Part shown: piece by piece, positions 59,654 through 64,000 of the stretch | Layout of the letters: each line of letters begins with the position of its first letter | Position numbering within the stretch: position 1 is the stretch's first letter | From: Bacteroidota bacterium | GTDB lineage: Bacteria; Bacteroidota; Bacteroidia; Chitinophagales; Chitinophagaceae | DNA: 64,000 bases | Assembly: GCA_023387985.1 (NCBI GenBank) | Contig: JAEWHC010000005.1 | Location: forward strand, 519,008-583,007 | Direction: 5' to 3' | The notes under the pieces: generated by a model | What the model was told of the DNA's origin: nothing | The model's input: the letters and a program-made list of their open reading frames with translations, nothing else | The model's database searches: none | Position numbers and translations under genes: made by a program

Positions 59654-60742
59654 TTGGAAAAGAATATTCTGATCAGCCCTTTAGACTGGGGATTGGGTCA
59701 TGCCACACGCATCATTCCCCTGGTAACCGCTTTATCCCAAAAGGGATGTAACGTCACCATGGCCACGTCTGGAGCCGGTTTATTGTTGTTACAACAAGCT
59801 TTTCCCAACATGCGTTTTGTCGAAATTCCCGGCTATGGAATTGAATATTCGGGTCGCAATAATTTTTTGAAAATACTTAGCCAGACGCCGGGCATTCTTA
59901 AGATTGCCAAAAATGAAAACCTTTGGCTGAAGAATTTTCTAATGCATAACCAAGTGGATGCAATCATTTCGGACAACCGGTACGGCTTTTATCATCCTGA
60001 AATTCCTTCTGTTATACTCACCCATCAGGTGGAGCCCCAGTTGCCCCGTGGCCTGCAAATGCTTCGTAAGGCGATCCAAATGCAATTTGCCGCAATGCTT
60101 AATCATTTCCATTCCATCTGGATACCCGACCTGCCGGATGAAGCGGTATCGCTTGGGGGAAAATTGAGCAGAGTCAACCGCTTTGTGAAAAGGCCGCATT
60201 TCTATACCGGATGGCTGACGCGGTTTGAACATGCAGCCATGCGGGAACAAAAAGCACTGTATGACCTTGTTTTGCTAAGCGGCCCTGAACCACAGCGCAC
60301 GCTGCTTGAGGAGAAAATCCTTCAACAAGTTGACCAGCTCAATTTTCCTTTGGTTATTATCCGGGGATTGCCCGGAGAGAAAAACTTGCCGGCGGTTTCC
60401 GGTGACCTCATCATGTTCAACCACCTGGCATCTGGTGAAATGGACTCCATGATTCAAAATGCGCGGTATATCATTTCACGCGGCGGGTACAGTACGCTGA
60501 TGGATATGGCTGCCTTGCAGAAAAAATGCATTTACATTCCAACGCCAGGCCAAACCGAACAGGAATACCTCGCAAAACGGATGCAGGAACAAGGCCGGGG
60601 CATCTGGTTCCGGCAACCTGCATTTGATCTGAAACATGCCTTAACGGCAGCGCAAACCTTTGAATTCAGGATCCCTGCATTTAAGAATAATGCGCTCTTG
60701 TTGCAAACGGTTGACTCGTTTCTTCAGGAACTAAAAGGTTAG
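59654..60742 (+). CDS. GT-B glycosyltransferase (GT28 C-terminal-like)
   Basis: PLDWGLGHATR, ISDNRYG, LSGPEPQR, R.GYST.MD, PTPGQTEQ; start uncertain (ORF opens at 59549). Confidence 0.85.
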   Translation: MEKNILISPLDWGLGHATRIIPLVTALSQKGCNVTMATSGAGLLLLQQAFPNMRFVEIPGYGIEYSGRNNFLKILSQTPGILKIAKNENLWLKNFLMHNQVDAIISDNRYGFYHPEIPSVILTHQVEPQLPRGLQMLRKAIQMQFAAMLNHFHSIWIPDLPDEAVSLGGKLSRVNRFVKRPHFYTGWLTRFEHAAMREQKALYDLVLLSGPEPQRTLLEEKILQQVDQLNFPLVIIRGLPGEKNLPAVSGDLIMFNHLASGEMDSMIQNARYIISRGGYSTLMDMAALQKKCIYIPTPGQTEQEYLAKRMQEQGRGIWFRQPAFDLKHALTAAQTFEFRIPAFKNNALLLQTVDSFLQELKG

Positions 60743-61233
60743 TCAGCTTTTTTCGGGTAATCAAAATGGAGCAAATTGGCATTTTCCGGGGAAATTTGTT
60801 TCCATTCCGCAGCATTAAAGGAAATACCGAGCACGGAACAGGTCGGCATATTGTCGATCCGGAGTACTCCGGTTTCGTTGGCAAACAAGGTGATGCCCGG
60901 ATTGTGGCTGAAAAATATGGCTGAGCTTACCGTTGCCGGCAGTTGTCTTGCCTGTTTCCAGAATTCAGATGGCGGGGCATGGTAAAGTTCCGCGATTACC
61001 TGTATGTCTTTCTTTTCAAATCCCAGGGCTTCGGCAAAAAATTCCGCAGTAGTAAAAGCTCTCCTGGCACTGCTGCTGCAAATTTTCCCAATAGTGAAAC
61101 CTGCATTTGCAAGGCGTTGGGCCATTTCCGGCGCATCGCTCATTCCGCGGGCGTTCAACGGCCGGTCATGATCGTTTACGAAAGCACTTTCCCAACTGCT
61201 TTTTGCATGGCGAACAACAAATAAATTTTTCAT
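60739..61233 (-). CDS. SixA-like histidine phosphatase
   Basis: RHAKS, DHDRPL..RG, SSA.RA, HNP. Confidence 0.9.
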   Translation of the reverse strand: MKNLFVVRHAKSSWESAFVNDHDRPLNARGMSDAPEMAQRLANAGFTIGKICSSSARRAFTTAEFFAEALGFEKKDIQVIAELYHAPPSEFWKQARQLPATVSSAIFFSHNPGITLFANETGVLRIDNMPTCSVLGISFNAAEWKQISPENANLLHFDYPKKAD

Positions 61234-61244
61234 GGCAATTGGTC

Positions 61245-62003
61245 TTAAATATTCAGGCCTCCGCAAACACTGATCACCTGGCCCGTAATGTAGCTGCTTT
61301 TATCGCTGGCGAGAAACAGAGCGGCTTCGGCAATATCATCAGCAGTTCCAAAACGGTTGAGTGGAATGCCGGCTCTATACTGGTCGGCCTGTTCACCTTC
61401 TTTCAGGTAGCTGGTCATATCGGTTTCCACAAATCCGGGAGCAAGCGCATTGCACCGGATATTGCGGCTACCCAATTCCTTGGCAATGCTCTTGGTGAAA
61501 CCGAGAATACCGGCTTTGGAGGCCGCGTAGCTCGACTGTCCTGCATTGCCCATTTCGCCTATAACGCTACTCATATTTATGATGCTTCCTTTGCGCGCCT
61601 TCATCATCTGCCGGATAACCGATTTTGTCATAAAAAACACACTGCTCAGGTTAACATCAATTACCTGCGACCATTGCTCCTCGGTCATGCGCATGAGCAG
61701 GTTGTCTTTACTGATGCCCGCATTGTTCACCAAAATATCAATGGAACCAAATTCCGAAAGTACATTGGCGGCAAGTGTTTCGCAAGCCTGGAAATTCCCG
61801 GCGTTACTTTGGTAGGCTTTTACTTTTACCCCTTCTGTACTCAGCTTGTTTGCAAGTGCTTCCGACCTTTCCTTACTGCTGTCGGTTACATAAGTAAATG
61901 CCACATTGGCGCCATTTTGCGCAAACAGCGTTACGATCGCTTCCCCGATTCCTCTTGCGCCACCGGTTACAATGGCGGTTTTGCCTTCCAGTAATTTACT
62001 CAT
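61245..62003 (-). CDS. fabG: 3-oxoacyl-ACP reductase
   Basis: TGGARGIG, NNAGI.KDNL, GQSSYAASK, PGF.ETDMT. Confidence 0.92.
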   Translation of the reverse strand: MSKLLEGKTAIVTGGARGIGEAIVTLFAQNGANVAFTYVTDSSKERSEALANKLSTEGVKVKAYQSNAGNFQACETLAANVLSEFGSIDILVNNAGISKDNLLMRMTEEQWSQVIDVNLSSVFFMTKSVIRQMMKARKGSIINMSSVIGEMGNAGQSSYAASKAGILGFTKSIAKELGSRNIRCNALAPGFVETDMTSYLKEGEQADQYRAGIPLNRFGTADDIAEAALFLASDKSSYITGQVISVCGGLNI

Positions 62004-62005
62004 AT

Positions 62006-63520
62006 TCATTTAATATTTAAATGTGCTTTAATTTCTTCAATGATTTTACGGTCATTGCTCAGGCGCGGAACCTTATGCTGCCCTCCAAGTTTTCCTTTGG
62101 AGCGAAGCCAGTCAGAAAAGCCACCGTCAGGCACCACGTGCATGATCAGTCTACGCAAGGCAATGTCTTTATATCTTTTGGCATCGTAGTCGCTGTTCAC
62201 CATTCTCAAATGCTCATCAAGCGCATCTGCAAATTTTTCCGGATCAACTGGTAATTTTTCAAACTCAATCAGCCACTCATGTGCACCATTGCTGTTGTCG
62301 CTGAAATAAACCGGTGCGGCGGAATAATCGCGAACAATCGCGCCGGTAAGCCGGCTTGCCTCAGCAATAGCCCGGTCTGCATTGTCAATAATCACTTCTT
62401 CCCCAAAAGCATTGATATAATGTTTCAAACGTCCGGTTACTTTTATACGGAATGGGTAAACGGAAGTAAAAGCGATGGTGTCGCCGATGAGATAACGCCA
62501 TAACCCTCCTACGGTAGAAATGACCGGAGCATAATTTTTTCCGGTTTCAACCTGGTCCAGTCCAATGGTTTTCGGATTTTCCTTCCCATATTCATCCACC
62601 GGTAAAAATTCGTAATAAATGCCATGTTCCAGGAAGAGCAGCATCCCGACTTCATCTTCATGCGTTTGCGCTGCAAAAAAGCCCTCGCTGGCGTTGTAAA
62701 TTTCCAGGTAATGGATGGGCTCGCCAACCAGTTTTTCGAATGCGGCCCGGTATGGTGAAAACGATACACCACCATGAAAGTAGAGCTCCAGGTTTGGCCA
62801 GACCTGCTTGATGTTTTCCTTGCCGGTTATTTCAAGAATCCGTTTGAAAAGCACTTGTGTCCACGTAGGCACACCGCTTACCGAGGTCACATCTTCCTGT
62901 ATTGTACTTTGGGCAAGGGCTTCAATCTTATTTTCCCAATTGTCCATCAGCGCGATGGCCAATTGTGGAGTTTTAAGCCATTGGCCGTAAAACGGGGCAT
63001 TTTGAAGCAACACGGCACTCAGGTCGCCGTACTGAATATCTTTGCTTAATTCAGCCACCTGGTGGCTACCGCCAATCACGAGGCCTTTGCCGTTGAGCAG
63101 CTGGCATTCGGGATAACTGAGATGATATAGGTAAAGCAGGTCTTTATTGGCCTGGTAGTGGTTTTCATCAAGGCTTTCATCACTCACAGGAATGAATTTG
63201 CTGCGGTCGCTTGTGGTGCCGCTGCTTTTGGCAAACCACTGCACAGGCGTATTCCAGAGCACATTTTCTTCGCCTTGCATCATCCTTTCGATAAACGGCT
63301 TCAGATCTTCATATTCGTGGATGGGAACTGCCGACCTGAATTCAGCCGGACGGAAAATATGATTGAAGCGATACTCCCTGCCGAAGACAGTATGCTGTGC
63401 CTGGCTGATGAGGTGCTGAAAAACTTCCCGCTGCGCTTCAAGGGGTTCTTTAATATGGTGGGTCAGGCCATCAGCGCGCAGTTTGGCATATTGCAGTATT
63501 GCCGGACTTATAATATTCAT
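62006..63520 (-). CDS. GH3 (auxin-responsive-like) acyl-adenylate ligase family protein
   Basis: SSGTT..SKFIP, YNASEGF, RYLIGD, GQHKVPRL. Confidence 0.9.
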   Translation of the reverse strand: MNIISPAILQYAKLRADGLTHHIKEPLEAQREVFQHLISQAQHTVFGREYRFNHIFRPAEFRSAVPIHEYEDLKPFIERMMQGEENVLWNTPVQWFAKSSGTTSDRSKFIPVSDESLDENHYQANKDLLYLYHLSYPECQLLNGKGLVIGGSHQVAELSKDIQYGDLSAVLLQNAPFYGQWLKTPQLAIALMDNWENKIEALAQSTIQEDVTSVSGVPTWTQVLFKRILEITGKENIKQVWPNLELYFHGGVSFSPYRAAFEKLVGEPIHYLEIYNASEGFFAAQTHEDEVGMLLFLEHGIYYEFLPVDEYGKENPKTIGLDQVETGKNYAPVISTVGGLWRYLIGDTIAFTSVYPFRIKVTGRLKHYINAFGEEVIIDNADRAIAEASRLTGAIVRDYSAAPVYFSDNSNGAHEWLIEFEKLPVDPEKFADALDEHLRMVNSDYDAKRYKDIALRRLIMHVVPDGGFSDWLRSKGKLGGQHKVPRLSNDRKIIEEIKAHLNIK

Positions 63521-63733
63521 TTATTCTTCAATATCCGGCAAAATAATGCATTTCCCCAGAAGAGGTCGCCTGAAACTGAAAAATAAGTTGATTGGATTGA
63601 AATGACTGATCCACATTTTGGAATTCCGCATTTGGCTCTTCCATGTACGAATATAGCAGGGAAATCCTGGAAATTTCTACATTAAACCTGAAGGCATTTC
63701 CATGTTGCAATGGAAGGCCGATCTTCCGGGGAA

Positions 63734-64000
63734 TTAATTCTGCAATTGCATTTCCACCGGTTCTGCACCCTTTTTTTCCCCCGTACTCAGGAACAATATC
63801 AAAACCAGGCACAACAGGAGCAGCATGGCGTTGAGCTGATGCAACAGCGCCATCCATTCAAATGCGTTCCATACGCTGGCAATGATGTTGTTGCTGGTGA
63901 GCACGGCTAAAATGCCCAATGCCAGCTGCATGATGCCCGTAAGCAGGGGAAGCACACTGAGTTTGCCGAGAGGACCCGGTTCTTTTTTATACCTCAGGTA
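63734..64000 (-). CDS. ctaA: COX15/CtaA heme A synthase, C-terminal fragment (5' part outside window)
   Basis: Q..LGI..V and final-helix LHQ..A..LL pattern; only ~88 aa visible. Confidence 0.6.
   Translation of the reverse strand, partial: YLRYKKEPGPLGKLSVLPLLTGIMQLALGILAVLTSNNIIASVWNAFEWMALLHQLNAMLLLLCLVLILFLSTGEKKGAEPVEMQLQN

Noticed and set aside
61107..61994. 295-aa plus-strand ORF antisense to fabG
   Set aside because: Shadow ORF typical of SDR genes; no motifs; fabG on the opposite strand is unambiguous.
63528..63857. 109-aa ORF between ctaA and GH3
   Set aside because: Overlaps ctaA in another frame, has no motif, and the rest looks like the GH3 promoter region.
1..64000. CRISPR arrays, IS elements, prophage or defence genes
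   Set aside because: No regularly spaced repeats, transposase, integrase, phage or defence motifs seen by eye.

Overview
A gene-dense chromosomal region of a Bacteroidota bacterium, most likely Chitinophagaceae or a relative (inferred from SusC/SusD, bamD-rpoZ-coaBC-porD synteny, TAnnTTTG promoter boxes, ACIII-aa3 and futalosine genes). It is mostly core metabolism: one-carbon/purine/methionine genes (metH 3' part, fhs, guaB, purN, metF), mqnB-mqnD, scoAB, envelope genes, recJ, ruvB, htpG, a tricorn-type protease, one tRNA(CAT), and a ~16 kb alternative complex III plus aa3 oxidase cluster. No mobile element, CRISPR array or rRNA was seen. The most notable observations are: (1) an OmpA that appears cleanly split into a stand-alone beta-barrel gene and a separately exported periplasmic-domain gene with its own signal peptide; (2) PurN fused to an N-terminal membrane domain; (3) a 41-aa CGCP micro-lipoprotein missing from the ORF track; (4) O-glycosylation sequons in low-complexity tails of respiratory subunits; (5) regulatory signals: a possibly leaderless guaB, a sigma54-like htpG promoter, and a Crp/Fnr-like box at fhs. 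All family calls come from motif recognition and recall, not database searches.
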